Shown: positions 26,841 through 40,097 of the stretch, in pieces
How the letters are laid out: each line of letters opens with the position of its first letter
How positions within the stretch are numbered: the stretch's first letter is position 1
Source of the DNA: Elsinoe ampelina
Taxonomy: Eukaryota
Direction of reading: 5' to 3'
Assembly (NCBI GenBank): GCA_010093995.1
Contig: ML992511.1
Location: 850,155-914,154, forward strand
Length of the DNA: 64,000 nt
Translations under genes and position numbers: made by a program
The notes under the pieces: generated by a model
The model's database searches: none
What the model was told of the DNA's origin: nothing
What the model saw: the letters and a program-made list of their open reading frames with translations, nothing else

Positions 26841-29800
26841 TCTTCCTTAGGTATTCTCGTTTTTATTTAGTATTTAGAGTACTAGGTCCGTTTAGTTAGT
26901 TTACTTAGGATAGGTTCTCGATCTAGTAATCTAGAATTACTTACGAGGTAAGGTGCTCCTCTAGTTCCTATATTACTTCGCTATACTAATGTCCCTTCTA
27001 GTAAATAAGATAGTAGCGTTTTTCTTTTATAAGTTTATAACGTAAAACTCTTTTAATCTTATACTATAGCTTCTATGTTTCTTTATCTAGTTCGATAGGT
27101 CTAGGTATAGTATTCTATAGTACTTTCTCTAGTAGTGATATATAAAAGACTAGATAGATCCTTATATGTCTTAGTAGTTCTAGTTTATATACGTTCTTAT
27201 TTTTCTTTTCTAGAATCTTAAAGAGTTCTAGTTTAGTATAGTTAAGTTTCTTACTTAGTTATTTCGTTTTAATGTTTTTACTAAGGAGATAAACTTTCTC
27301 TCCCTCCTATAGAATTAGTCCCGTAATTCTCTTCTAGTTAGTAAATTCTACTATTCTTTGTAATATAAATACTATATTGTAGTATAGCTAGTTATATAGT
27401 TTCTTAATATTAGCTACTAGTATATTAGCGTCCTTAGATATTAGCTTAATTCCGAGTATGTCGTAGTATAGATCTAGGTATATTCTATAGTTTACGTAGA
27501 ATAGTGAAATTCTATTTGCTAGCTTTCTATTGTTAATAGCGAGCTCTATAAGTAGTAATAGTATTACCTATAAGTCTTACTTATAGTTTAGGTAGTATTA
27601 TAGGTACTACTCTAGTACTTAATTTGCCTATTTAGTTTGTCTGTCTATTTATAGATAAAAGGAAGTTAATAGCTTATGTTTAACTCCTAGTAGGTCTATA
27701 AATAATTACTAGAATTGTAACGTAAATAGCTTATCCCTATTAGTTATTAGGTCTTATAGTACTCTATATTATAAAACAATTGTTTAAAGGAAGGTAAAGG
27801 CTATATCCTCGGTAGTTGCTATTGTCTTATATAGTATAAAGTAGTAATACTTCGTAAACCTATCTACTAGGACTAGAATGCTATTATACTTTACACCTGT
27901 AAGAGGTTCTTCTAATAGCGGTAAAGGTCCTATAAAGTCTATTATAACTAATTACTATAGTTTATCTAGTAGTAGCAAGGGTTATAATAGGCTATATAGC
28001 TTATGTCGTAAGTGCTTAGACTTATAGCATGTATCGTATATAGTAATATATGTCTTAATATCGTTTCGAAGTTCTTTCTATAGGTAGTTTTATATAATAA
28101 GTTTAATAGTCTTATTAATCCTACTATGCCCTACTATTAAGTTATTATAGTATATTTAAATAACTTCTTTCTTCTGTTCTTACGTAAGCTCCTAGGTAAG
28201 GCTATATAACTACTTTACCTTCGGGTGCTTATAGACTAGAGCGCCGTCTTACTACTTTAGTATAGAGGCCTCTATTATTATTATGTTCTTTAAGTAATTT
28301 AGTTGTCGGCTAAGAGCGTCTACTCTACTATTCTCTAATCTCTTAATATAGTAGATCTAAAAGTTGTAGCTTATAAGTGTTTCTAACTATCGAACCTGTT
28401 ATCTATTAAGAACCTTAGTTATTGTTTAATATAATAGGTTCTTATAGTTAGTATAGACTTATATAGGTAAGGTTATTTCTTCTAGGTATACTCTCTATTT
28501 GCGGAATGCCTTTATAATTATAAGTAACTCCTTGTCGTATATGTCGTAGTTAAGTTTAGGTCTAGTTATTTTTTATAAGTAGTATATGATTAGGTAGCAT
28601 TATTCTTCCGCGTCCTTCTATGCTAGATACACTTCTATTATAAAGTCTAAGGTATCTGTTTCTAGTAGTGCTTATTAGTCTAGGTCGAAGAGTACTAGGA
28701 CAGGTACTATTATAAGTCTAAGCTTTAGTTCCTTAAAGGCCTACCTACATTTCTTATTAAAGACAAATCTAGTTTCTTTCTTTAGAAGGTTAAATATTAG
28801 TATAGCTACCTTAGAGAATCCTTTAACAAACTTATAGTAGTAGTTAAAGAACTCTAGTAGCGCTTAAACCTCCCTAACTATAGTAGGTTCTAGCTAGTTA
28901 TTTACTAACTTAATCTTTTTTAGGTCGGGTCTAATACTATTAGTAGATATAACATAGTCTAGAAATTGTATCTTATGTTTATAAAACTTATACTTAGAGA
29001 GCTTTACTAGTAGGTCTTTTTCTTTTAGTTTCTATAGTACTTTATAAATATGTCCTATATGTTTATTATATATCTTTAAGAAGATAATAATATTATCTAA
29101 ATATACTAAGATAAAGTTATTAAGGTATTCTCGTAGAGTATTATTAATTAACTCTTAGAAGGTTATAGAAGTGTTAGTTAACCTAAAGAGCATAACGAGG
29201 TACTTATATAGACTCTATTACGTCCTAAAAGCCGTCTTCTACTTCTTACTCTTCTTTATTTATACTTAATAATAGGCATTCCTAATGTTAATTACGGTAA
29301 ACTATTTAGCTCTAAGTAGTCGGTCTTAAAGTTCGTTAATCCTTAGTAGGAGATAGCAATTCTTCCTAGTAAGTGTATTAAGTTTCTAGTAATTAATATA
29401 TATTTGTAATATTCTATTCTTTTTAGATACAAAAAGTACTTCGTATATAATAGGTAATTTTAATAGTTGTATAAATCCTTTAAGTAAGTACTTATCGATA
29501 TAGTTCTTAAGGACGTTCTTCTCTTATTTCGATAGTAGTATAAGACCTTAATAGTATATTAGGGATTTACTCTCTTTAAAGAGTATTTCGTAATTCTATA
29601 GTTTATGTTAGAGTAAGGCTATAATGCCTTTTCTTTCTTTAAATAAGTCCTTAAAGTCTTTATATTCTAGCGGAAGTGCTTAATTACTTACGCTAGCGAT
29701 AGCTCTAACTATTAGTTATACTTATGCTATTCTTATAGTTAGTATCTACGGAGCTAATTATGCTCCCTACGTCCTATAATTACACTTAGGGAATTCGAGT

Positions 29801-32311
29801 GTTTCTTTAATCTAGTCTACGTCTAGATTATATTATTAAAGCTAGTCTATACTAAGTACTATGTTATACTACATGTCTACTATATTAATTAATTGTTTTT
29901 CTATGTGTGTTTTAATTTTAATTATAACATTTTATAGTTCCTAAGTGACTTTTCCGTTCTTCTCTATAGGGGTTCTATCCGCTATAGTAAGTAGGTAAGG
30001 TAACTCCTTCTAGTGTTAATAAGGTTTAAGCTAATTAGTAACTATTATAGAGACGTAGCTACAGTTAGCTCCCAAATCTATTATTACTCTTACCTTACTC
30101 CCTTATATTTTAACTTCTAGTATAAAGTAGTTTAACATGTAGATCTTTATTATATTAAGGCTTTAGCTAGTGTTATTATCTTACCTTATTAGGCGACAAC
30201 TAGCTAGTTTTTTGTTATTATAGCTCCTTAGATAAGTAGCTAATCCCTTCCTATACGTATCTACTATTAGTACTATATCTATTAAGCAAGTTATGTTTTA
30301 TCGCTATTTAATATAGTAAGGTAAACTTCTAGCGCCTAAGTCCCTTAGTGACTATAAAGTCTAATAATTCTCTACTAGTTATACTAAGTAGTATTATATA
30401 CCTATATTAGTATAACTATTCCTTCCGGGTATAGCTAGGTATTAGCATTAAAGATAAAAACAAGTTATATAGATTTGTCTTATAGTGTCCTATTCTAGTA
30501 GTAGGTGTATATTATTATATAATTCCTCTATATTCCTATAAGGTATACTTTAAGTTGTCCGCCTAGTAGTAGTATATCGTCGTTGTTATTGTCGTTGTTA
30601 GATAAGTCCTTATCTATGTTGTTATATTATAGTTATTCGGTGTATTCTTTGTTATATTTCTCTTTATCGCTACTATCCCTAGTATAGTTATAGTTAGTAA
30701 GGCTATACCGAGTATATTCTCTTACTTAGCTATAGGGGATAGTACTACCTATTTTAATTACCGAGAAGTCCGTAGTGTATTTAAGACTAATAGTGTCTTC
30801 TCTAAGTACGTTGTATAAGTAGATAGTATAGTACTATTTATAATTTGGATTTATACATTTCTAGAGCGATATATAATATACCTTTCCTTATAGTACGCTA
30901 TAAGGGCTAAAGGTAAGGCTACTATATTATTATATAGCACTTACGTCCTAATACTTTGTCTTAATAATTATATATTAGTAATTGTCGCTAACTACCTTCT
31001 AAGATTAGTTACTATTACTACTAATTATAGAGAGCTCTTCTAGGTTAGGTTCCTAGTTTAGCTATTTCGTTAATTACCTACGCTTAGATAGCTTATATAG
31101 GAACTAACTAGATCCCTACTTATCTAATAAGTAAATATAACAAGAGTTATTATAATATGCTATCTATAATAGCGTTACGTGTTAGCTTTATTATTTACTA
31201 TTAGTCGTAGAGATATTAAGTATAACATCCGGAGAGGATTCTACTACCTCTTAAGTTATTATAGACTTCTTCTATGTTTCCTTACCTACGCTAAAGGTCG
31301 TTAGGTCTTCTATAGTAGTGTTAGTCTTTTTCTCTACTAGCCTAGTAACTATTATATGTAATTTATTAGCTAGCGCCTCTTATCGGTAGTCCCTAGCCTA
31401 ATACCTAGGTCTTTTATACTTAAAACATAGATTGTCTTATCTATACTTCTCTCTCTCTTTTCTACTAAGGAACTTTCCTCTATAGCTATAGCCTTGTACC
31501 TATAAGGGGCAGCCTTTGCGTATAGTATTAAGTTCTATAGAGTCTCTATAGTTTCGAGAGGAACGTATATATCTAGTGTTTGCCTTATATCCTCTATAAC
31601 GTTCTATATGTCGTTTATAAAGTCTATTGTTAATAGCAATTATAGTGTCTACTAGTTCCTAAAGGCTATTAGGCAGCTCGAGTATTATTTAGTCTTTGAC
31701 TAAGTCGCTTAGTCCTTAATAGAATACTAAGTGTTTAGCACTATTGTCCTAGTCTAGATATATTATAAGTTATTAGAACTAGGAATAGTACTAGGCTATA
31801 GACCTATATTGTCGTAGTTGTTAGATCTTTATTATAGCAACGCGTTCCTTATTAGATACGTTAAAGACTTACTTAATCTTTGCCTAGAAGATACTAAAGC
31901 TCTTAAAGATAGCCTTTGTATCTAGGCCTAGTTATCTATCTAGGTAGCTACTTATATAAGGCTCGAACTACCCGAAGGCGGCGCCTTTAAGGTGTATCCT
32001 AGCATAGAGGACCTTTGCCGCGTCGTTAGCGTACTTATCTCCCTCTAGAGCAAAGAAGGCTTTAAGTTAAATAAGGAAGCGCCTTAAGTAAGCGTAGTCC
32101 CTATAGAAAAGTTCTACCTCTAACTTAGGCCTACTCTATTCTTCTATACTAAAAGACCTTCTATATTTGCCCGAGGTTAAACTAGTAGTAGACATGTTAT
32201 TAATAGTAAGCTTTCCTAGCTTACTAGCGATTGAAGATACTAATAGTAACTTAGAGCGAGAGTTACTTATTAACCTCGTAGCGTGCTATACTATAGTAAG
32301 GGTAGTTAAAA

Positions 32312-32774
32312 TGTTACGAACTGTCTAAACATAGCCTATACTAGTAGTCTAAGCTAAGCTAAGAACGAGGTAGTTCTACTTCTATAGTAGTATAGTACTA
32401 AGGTAAGAGTCGAAGAAGGTATATCTTATAGATAATAAAGTACAATTAGATAGTATTATAAAGGCTAGCCTTAGTAATACTAGTGTTTACTATCTAGACA
32501 AGGTTAACTATAGTACTTATATAAGGTAAGGACTACTCCTATATATATGTATTCTTTACTATGTACTCTATATACTCTATATACTCCGTAGCGAGAATCA
32601 GAAGTAATATAAAGTACATGTCCGCTAGTAACCTACGTGCTCTATAGTCCCCGGGGTAGAGCTACTAGAGAAGATAGAGAACCGGGTAAATGTCAAGCTA
32701 GGTCACGTAATAACCTTAGTAGTTTAATTAGTCCTAACGTCTCTACGCTTTAGCTGTCCTACTAGTTCGTAATA
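32312..32774 (-). repeat. gypsy copy 1, 5' LTR
   Basis: 463-bp match to 25751-26213. Confidence 0.95.
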
Positions 32775-33650
32775 GCTAAGCGTAACTCTAGTATACTATT
32801 TGCTAATTAGTACAAAATCTAGTAGGCACTTACGTACTTACTAGTTATTATTAATATAGTATACCTTTATAGCTACAAAACTTAGATACTTATTCGTAGA
32901 CTAGCTATCTAGCATAATTAAAACTTTTATCTAACTACTAAGATTAGTAAGAAGATTAGACTAAATGTCCTTATAGTGCTCTTTTAATAGCTCTAAGGCC
33001 TATGTCTAACCTAGAATATTAGTATATAGCTAGAGGAAATATATAAATTAGAGAAAGAAGGAATTATTAACTATTTAGAATAACTAATTACAATTAATAA
33101 GGACCTTAATAAGCTCTTTTTTAAATTGTTCTAGAGAGAATTATAGTATATAGGATATAGTACTAGTAGCGTTCGCTTTTAATTATATTAGAGCTATCTA
33201 AGCTACTAATTATTTATAGCTAGGAGATTTTATATTTTAGTAGCTTTAGCGTCCGAGATGTTTTGTTAGGTGTTTATTACTAATTAAGTTTATTATTAGG
33301 TGTTATAAAGCTCTACTATAGCGGAGATAATACACAAGAGGTATTTTATTAGCAAGCTTAGCACCTTTATTAAAGTTAGCCTAAATAACTCTATAGCGGG
33401 TTATAGAATTCTAGTTTAGTAGATTTCGTGTTTTACTAACCCTTAATTCGCTACCTATTAATATTATAAGCTACTATGTTTTCTAGGCTTATATAGCTAG
33501 CTATTCTTCGAGTAGTATATCTAGTTAGTAGGGTAGACAGCTAACAATTTTAATAGTTTTATAGAATCGAGTAGAGAATAAATTATCCTAGTAATTAACA
33601 TAAAACTCTTTAAGCTCGTAGGGGAGAAGTAGTAGTAGCGTAATAACTTC
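32775..33650 (-). pseudogene. hAT transposase, 5' part (probable BED zinc finger)
   Basis: Continues the transposase across the gypsy TSD; de-RIP CxxC...KHL pattern at ~33335-33255. Confidence 0.7.
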
Positions 33651-33879
33651 TAAGAGTATCTATAGTTAAGGATTAACTAAGTCTTTATTAAATATTAACA
33701 TTTTAAGAGTAGAGATATAGAATATTACTAGCTATATAACAAGGAGTAGAAGACTATAAGAATGCTCTATAAGAATCTATTAGCTACTCTTAATTTATAA
33801 ATTAAAAAAATTTTAATAGTATAGAACTAAAAAGCTACTAAAACTATAGTTTAATTTTCCTAACTTAAGGTTAATCTAT

Positions 33880-35130
33880 TTATTCTTATCTATATTATCC
33901 TTACCTTTACTCTCCTTATTATTATTATTACTCTTATCTATTGCCTTATTATTATCTTTATCCTAATTCTCTTTATTAGAATTGTTAAAGTCTCTAGTAG
34001 TAACTACTTTACGGTATATTTTAGCTACTTCCTTAGTCTTATACTTGTTAGGTTCCTTATTAAGAAGGTTCTTAATCTTAGAGTTGTTCTTAACTTCTTC
34101 TTTAACCTTGTTATTACTATACTTAACATAGTAATTATTAGATTTAAGTAAAATATTATTATTCTTATACTTAAATTCTAGTTCGGGAGTAGGTTTATAT
34201 TTACTTTAATAAATTAGTATATAACTATAAGAAATAACTATAAGAAATAATATATACCTAATTATCTACCTATACTACTTAGAGTTTAGTAGGTGTTATA
34301 TTCTTAATAAACTTCTTAAACTTAGCTTAGTTACTATCGTTATAGTTGCTAGTATTATATAGCAAGTTAACACTATTATAGTAGATCTTATAGGTCTATT
34401 TCTTAAGAATTCTACTAGTGCTAAGAAGATGTTTTACTTAGCAATTTAGGAATATATTTATCTCGTTATAGAGTGCCTTCTTTATATAATTAGTAAGGAG
34501 TTACTTATAGTAAAGGAGAGTATTAGCTTTATAGATACTACTCTATTTTTAGTAGATAGATATAAACTTATTCTTTAACTATTTCTCTATATAGAATTAG
34601 TAGATATACTATAAGAATATACTATAAGAAATATACTACTCTACTAGGTATAATAGCAAGTCTCTACTATCTTCTTATATACTATATCGAAGGTAGCTTC
34701 TTTCTCCTTATCGAATATTACTTAGAATTCCTTAGAGTTTTTAAGTTTTGCCTTAAGTATACATTTTATAGAGCAATTAGTATTACTAGTAGTAGTAAGG
34801 GCTTTCTCCTCTATACTAGCTTATATAGCGTAATCTCTTTACTAAATAGCTTACTAGGTATTACTAAGCTATACTTTCTACTATAGAATTCTAAGGGGGT
34901 AGCTATAGTAAGAAGTTCTAGTATTTTAAGAGCGATTTTTAATCTAGTATTTAATCTTATTAGCCTCGGAATTAAAACTCTATAGTCTAGTTAGTATTTA
35001 ACTATAAGAAGCATCTATAAGAATTACTTCTATTATAGTAAGGATTACTTCCTCTTCCTTAGTTATTTCTTTAGTCTTAATTACTAGAGCATTAGTTATC
35101 TCTTTCTCTTTACTAAAGGTTTACTAATCT
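33880..35130 (-). pseudogene. second accessory ORF of the hAT element, with at least 3 introns
   Basis: Minus-strand GT..CTAA(C/T)..AG introns at ~34204-34257, 34587-34639 and 34980-35027 separating charged coding-like exons; no domain recognised. Confidence 0.5.
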
Positions 35131-35523
35131 ATAGAATTAGTAAACATTATAGATTAAGAATTAGTAGTAATTTATAAGAGAAGGTAGAATATTAAGTATA
35201 ACAGGGAGTAAGATATAAGATATAAGTTTTATAAGGAGAAGATAAGGAGAGAAGGATTTAGTATTCCTTATATATATAGTAAATAGAGTAGCTAGAAATA
35301 CAAGTAATAATAGGTATTAATCCTATTATTATACTAATATAAAGTCGTTAATATTATTAATATAAAGTTATTATAGTAGAGAATAACAATACGAAATTTA
35401 TATTCTATATACTATTATAAATTCCTTAATAAGGCTTAATATCTCGCTCTTAGTATTTTCGCCTTACTCTTCTCTACCTTTATAAACAAATTTTAATAAT
35501 TAATTTAACAAATTTATATAGCT

Positions 35524-36105
35524 ATAGCTTGTAAGAAGCAAGTAATACCTCTAAAAAGGGTAAAGCTAAGGAAGTAAGGCGCTAAGAAAACCACTACTAA
35601 AAAGCCTACTATAGGTAGTTATATAACAAAATTTAGACTAGTATTAACTAGACAAATTCGCTAGGTAAAGAGCTATAGGTTTAAGCTAGGTAGTTAGTTT
35701 CTTATAGTAAATTCTTATAGTCTTATATCTAATATAGTATAGCTATTACTCTCCGAGAGATTTGTCGCTACTAGAAGATAACTAAACTTCTTATATATAA
35801 GCTTCTCTTCTTCTACGTTATTCGTAACATTATGTAAGATATTAAGTTAACACTTATAAGTAGAGATTTACGCTTTACGCTAGATGCTATTAAGTGTCTC
35901 TAGGAAGCAAGTAAAGTAATACTAGTAGGATATTTCGAAGGTATATTAACTATGTATTTAGAATATATAATACCTTATACTAACAACTATAGTAGACTAT
36001 AATCTTAACGCTATCTATACTAAGCGTTATACTATTATATAGAAAGACTCTTAGCTTACTAGGAAATATTATAACAAGTACTACCTACTTACTTTCTCTA
36101 ATTAG
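35524..36105 (+). pseudogene. histone H3-like variant gene inside the hAT element, RIP-inactivated
   Basis: De-RIP: MARKKQ...PRKQ...[92 protein letters not shown]; introns 35693-35742 and 35941-35995 with GT/branch/AG signals restore the frame. Confidence 0.93.
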
Positions 36106-36552
36106 TAAGACCTCTCCTCTATAATACTATAAGAATAAACTATAAGAAATAGGTAAGTATATTTTTACATAGACTAGACTATTAAATTTCCTTTCTATAG
36201 ACTTATTACAATACTAAAGTATAGTATAGTAACTATAGTTACCTTAAAGCCTAACTAAGGCGTAGTACTATAACGTAGTATAATACTAGGATTTAACTCT
36301 AGTGCTAATTCGGTATAGTACTATCGTAGTATAGTATAGCGCTATTATAGTATAGTACTATTCTTGCTTAACTATAGTATAGTACTAGTACTAGTATAGC
36401 TCGGCGTAGTACTAGTACTAGTGCTAATATAGTAGGGTACGGAGCTAGTACTGTTTAGTTTAGCACTAGGTGCCGACCTGCTAAGAATAGCTCTATACTA
36501 GCACTAGGGTCGGCCTTTAGCCGCTCTAACTCCGCTCTAATAGTTACACTAG

Positions 36553-37957
36553 AACTTTCGATAGTATACTAGTGTTTCTCGGTATCTAATACTTCTTATA
36601 CTACTTAGCTATTAAGTAATAGACAGGTTAAGAGTAGAAGAGTATCGTGCGCTAGATGCTTCTAATATTTATACTGCTACTTAAGGAGGTTAAGGCGCCT
36701 TAAGCTATTAAGTTTATACGCGCACTAGTTAACTTTATATTACTAGTAAACTATAAGACCTATAACGACGATATACTCTAGTATATTAACCTTACGCTCT
36801 TTAGAATAAACAAGTATAAAGAAACCTTCTAGGCCTATTATAGTAACAGGAAAGAAGAGAGCGACTTTAACTTTCTAAAATAGTACTTAATAACACATTT
36901 TTTAAAGGCTATCTATAATTTTAGAGTAGTTACTAGCCTCGATTCTAATTATTTAGAGCATAATTATATATACTTTATTAAGGACGCCTTTAAACTTACA
37001 AACAAGAAGGCTAGATAGAAAGACTAGGTTACTACTTATAATACTAAACTAGTAAATATGTTAGTAGTATTTAATAACCTCTCGAAGTTAGTTAGGCTAT
37101 CGGCTACTAAACTAATTAAGATCTAAAGTACGCTAGTTAGCGTAAGCGATATAGTAAATGTTACTTCTTAGTTTAGCTAGCCTAGTACTAAGGAGAGAGC
37201 TATATAGCGTATAGTAAGAGAACTAGAGGCGCTTATTAATATACTACCTAGGCTATTACTATAGTAAGTAATAGCAGTATTTATCCGCGAGGCTTATTAA
37301 GGTATAGCTAAGATAGGCTCTAACTTAAGAACTAAATACTCTAATTAGTTTAACGCTAAACTAGATCCCGATAGACTTAAACTAGATTCTTCCTAGGTAA
37401 GCGACCTCTACGTTAAGTTCTACTATTCTTTAAAGTGTAGGAAACTATCTAACTATAATCCTAATAATCCTAATATAGACAAATAAGACTTTATCTAGTA
37501 TATAACTAAATAGTAGAGGATATATAGCAATAAGAGACAAGACTAGCTCTAGGTATAAGAATAGACAACAAATAATAAAGGCACTAATAGAGTATTACCT
37601 AATAGCCTATAAGGTAAGTTACTAACTTATATTATATTTATAATAACTATAGAGGATAGCTTCTAGTCTAGTAGATCGAGCTAGCGTTAACGCCTATACT
37701 ACATAGGAGCGCTAGTAGATCTATATTAGCCTACTTAGCCGGATAGAGTAGCTAATTAAGAGCATAGTATAACACTAATTAAGTCTTAGATAAATCGACA
37801 CGCGCGAGTTAGACGGAATACTCTTACTAGTAGGTATATCTACTTTACCTCGTAAATCTACTATAGTATCTACGTTATACTAGTAGATAAAACAAAGCTA
37901 TATAGCTAGATATATATTAATAACATAGCTGACTTTAACATATATAATATACTATAG
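36553..37957 (+). pseudogene. Plavaka-family transposase, 3' part
   Basis: De-RIP: FDSIPVFPGI, WTGQEQKSIVRQML, RALVDFILLANYKTHNDDTL, FNFPKWHSMTHF, SEHNHIHFIKDAFKLTNKK, RQDWLWVQE, ending YINNMADFNMYN at ~37950. Confidence 0.88.
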
Positions 37958-38049
37958 AATAAGTTATAGAAGTCTAAATAGCTTTACCTAGCTAAGGCTT
38001 TAAAATAAGAGAGGTTAAGATCCCTAGGTATAGTTAGTAAGTATAGTAG

Positions 38050-38730
38050 GCATTAACGAAGCTAGAGTACTCCTTTTGTAGCTAGAATAATCGTCTCTTA
38101 CATTAATAGCCTAACGCTTAGGTATACTTAGGTTAACTACTAGACTATATTAGGTAGGCAAGTTATAATAATAACTTCCGTAGGTATTACCCTAACTAGT
38201 TAGTTTACACCTATATATTATTAAGTTAGTCTCTAAACTATATAGGGTTTATAGCCTAAGGTGCCTTATATAGTTTTTACGCTAAAGAGTTAGTCTATTC
38301 CTTTACTAATTATAATAGCTTAGGAAATTATAGTAAGGCATTATAGAAGTTAGTCTTTAAGATGCTTAAGACATACCCTAAGTATTTAGTAACAGCGGTA
38401 AAAGGCTTAGGTTAGTAAGTTATCTTTAGGTTAGTTTTACTAACGGAGTTAGTAGTCTAAGAGGAAAGTTTATTCTCTATAATAAGTTTACTAATAAGAC
38501 TCTAATATAGATAATAGCGCTTTACTCTATTTACTATTATATTATAGAGATCTACTCGATACTACTAGAGTAGTTACTAAGGACTTATTCCTTTCTATCT
38601 AATAGACAAGATCTATAATAATACTAGCTTAGAAGACCCGCTAGGGAATATTCTTATTAATCTCTATATATATACTATACACGGGAAATAAGTTAAGAAA
38701 GAAGCTACTCTTTAGTATAGCAAGTAGCCT
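38050..38730 (+). pseudogene. BTB/POZ-like ORF remnant, paralogue 1
   Basis: DKIYN(D)NTS(G)L(S)EDPLGNILIN(D)L at ~38606-38665 resembles the IYxxTxxxSPLRxLLVD end of Dothideomycete BTB proteins; nucleotide match to 47207-47285. Confidence 0.4.
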
Positions 38731-39634
38731 CTTCTTTGTCCTCTAAAGCCTCCTCTATATCTATATAAGTTATAAGTATTTCCTTGTAAGATTATTAGTG
38801 TATAATATATATATAATAAATCCTATCTATAAGATTATATACTAGATTATTCTATACGCGCTATTACTACAACTATTACTTAGTAGTAGTAATAGTAGAG
38901 TAGCGGGATATAGTAGAAAAAAGTGTTATTATATCTACCTTTAAGAGGGGAATACTCTCTTTCTCTTCTATATCTTTCTTCTCGCTCTCCGCTATAGTAA
39001 GGTATACTATAACTAAAGCTACTACTACTGCTCCCTCTATAACTACTATTACTTATATATAGCTATAACTACGAGTTATTACTAGAAGCTTAGTACGCGT
39101 CGGGGTGACCTTATCTTTAATATATAGTAATAAAGTACTATAATCTTAACCCGGACACTACTTCTATTACCTCTCCGACAACTACTATAACTAGCGCTAA
39201 GGGCTAGTAAGGCAAGAAGTATACTACCTCTACCTTCGCTAGTGTCTATAGCTATACTAGTATTAAGCTTAGTAAGGCAGAGGAGAAGAGTAAGAAGCAG
39301 AAGAAGCCTCTTATTATTACTAATTACCTCCTTACTAATAACCTTATAGATAGGTAGTTAGGGTAGATCTTAAACTTCCTAGAAAGAGTATTTACTTCTC
39401 TACTATAACTGCCTTTAAGCTATCGTTTAGACTACTATGTCCTTAGTACTATCTCTAGAGCTACTTAGATACTATACTAATATCCATTAGACCTTACTTT
39501 TCTAGGTAGTCTTTCATAGCTCTAGAATTATTCTTCTAGTAGGTATACTATTCCGTGTTAGTAGACAAGGGATTAGCTTAGCCTAAACTAAATGTCTATT
39601 ATATTTCCTATACCTATCTATATTAGTATTAATC

Positions 39635-40097
39635 TATTACGAACTAGTAGGACAGCTAAAGCGTAGGGATATTAGGACTAATTAAACTACTAAGGTTATT
39701 ACGTAACCTAGCCCGATGTTTACTTAGTTCTCTATCTTCTCTAGCGGCTCTACCCTAGAGACTATAGAGCACGTAGGTTACTAGCGGACGTGTACTCTAT
39801 ATTACTCCTAATTCTCGCTACGAAGTATATAAAGTACATAAAGTACATAGTAAAGAATATATATATATAGGAGTAGTTCTTACCTTATATAAGTACTATA
39901 GTTAACCTCGTCTAGATAGTAAACACTAGTATTACTAAGGCTAGCCTTTATAATACTATCTAATTGTACTTTATTATCTATAAGATATACCTTCTCTAAC
40001 TCTTACCTTAGTGCTATACTACTATAGAAGTAGAACTACCTTGTTCTTAGCTTAGCTTAGACTACTAGCATAGACTATATTTAGACAGTTCATAACA
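39635..40097 (+). repeat. gypsy copy 2, 5' LTR
   Basis: Reverse complement of the copy 1 LTRs; 463 bp. Confidence 0.95.

Larger units (their letters stand above)
25751..32774 (-). mobile_element. full-length Ty3/gypsy chromovirus, copy 1 (7024 bp), RIP-inactivated
   Basis: 463-bp LTRs at 25751-26213 and 32312-32774; TSD ACTAA/GCTAA (one RIP-type difference); PPT next to 26213; gag, protease, RT (YLDD), RNase H, integrase and chromodomain on the minus strand; inserted inside the hAT transposase. Confidence 0.96.
21674..36551 (-). mobile_element. hAT DNA transposon carrying a histone H3-like gene (~7.85 kb without the nested gypsy)
   Basis: TIRs TAGTGTAACTATTAGGGCGG (21674) and CCGCTCTAATAGTTACACTA (ends 36551); inverted subterminal matches (ACTAGCTCCG/CGGAGCTAGT, AGGTCGGCA/TGCCGACCT); hAT transposase inside; Plavaka reading frame resumes on the far side. 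TSD not cleanly resolved. Confidence 0.9.

Noticed and set aside
21662..36562. 8-bp hAT target-site duplication
   Set aside because: TTTTAAC (left) and TTTCGAT (right) are RIP-compatible, but the right copy is offset by 4 extra bases, so no clean TSD is claimed.
39055..39145. Possible Zn2Cys6 motif (de-RIP CASGRPCLRC)
   Set aside because: All Cys are inferred from TAT/TAC and the N-terminal CxxC spacing does not fit; too weak.
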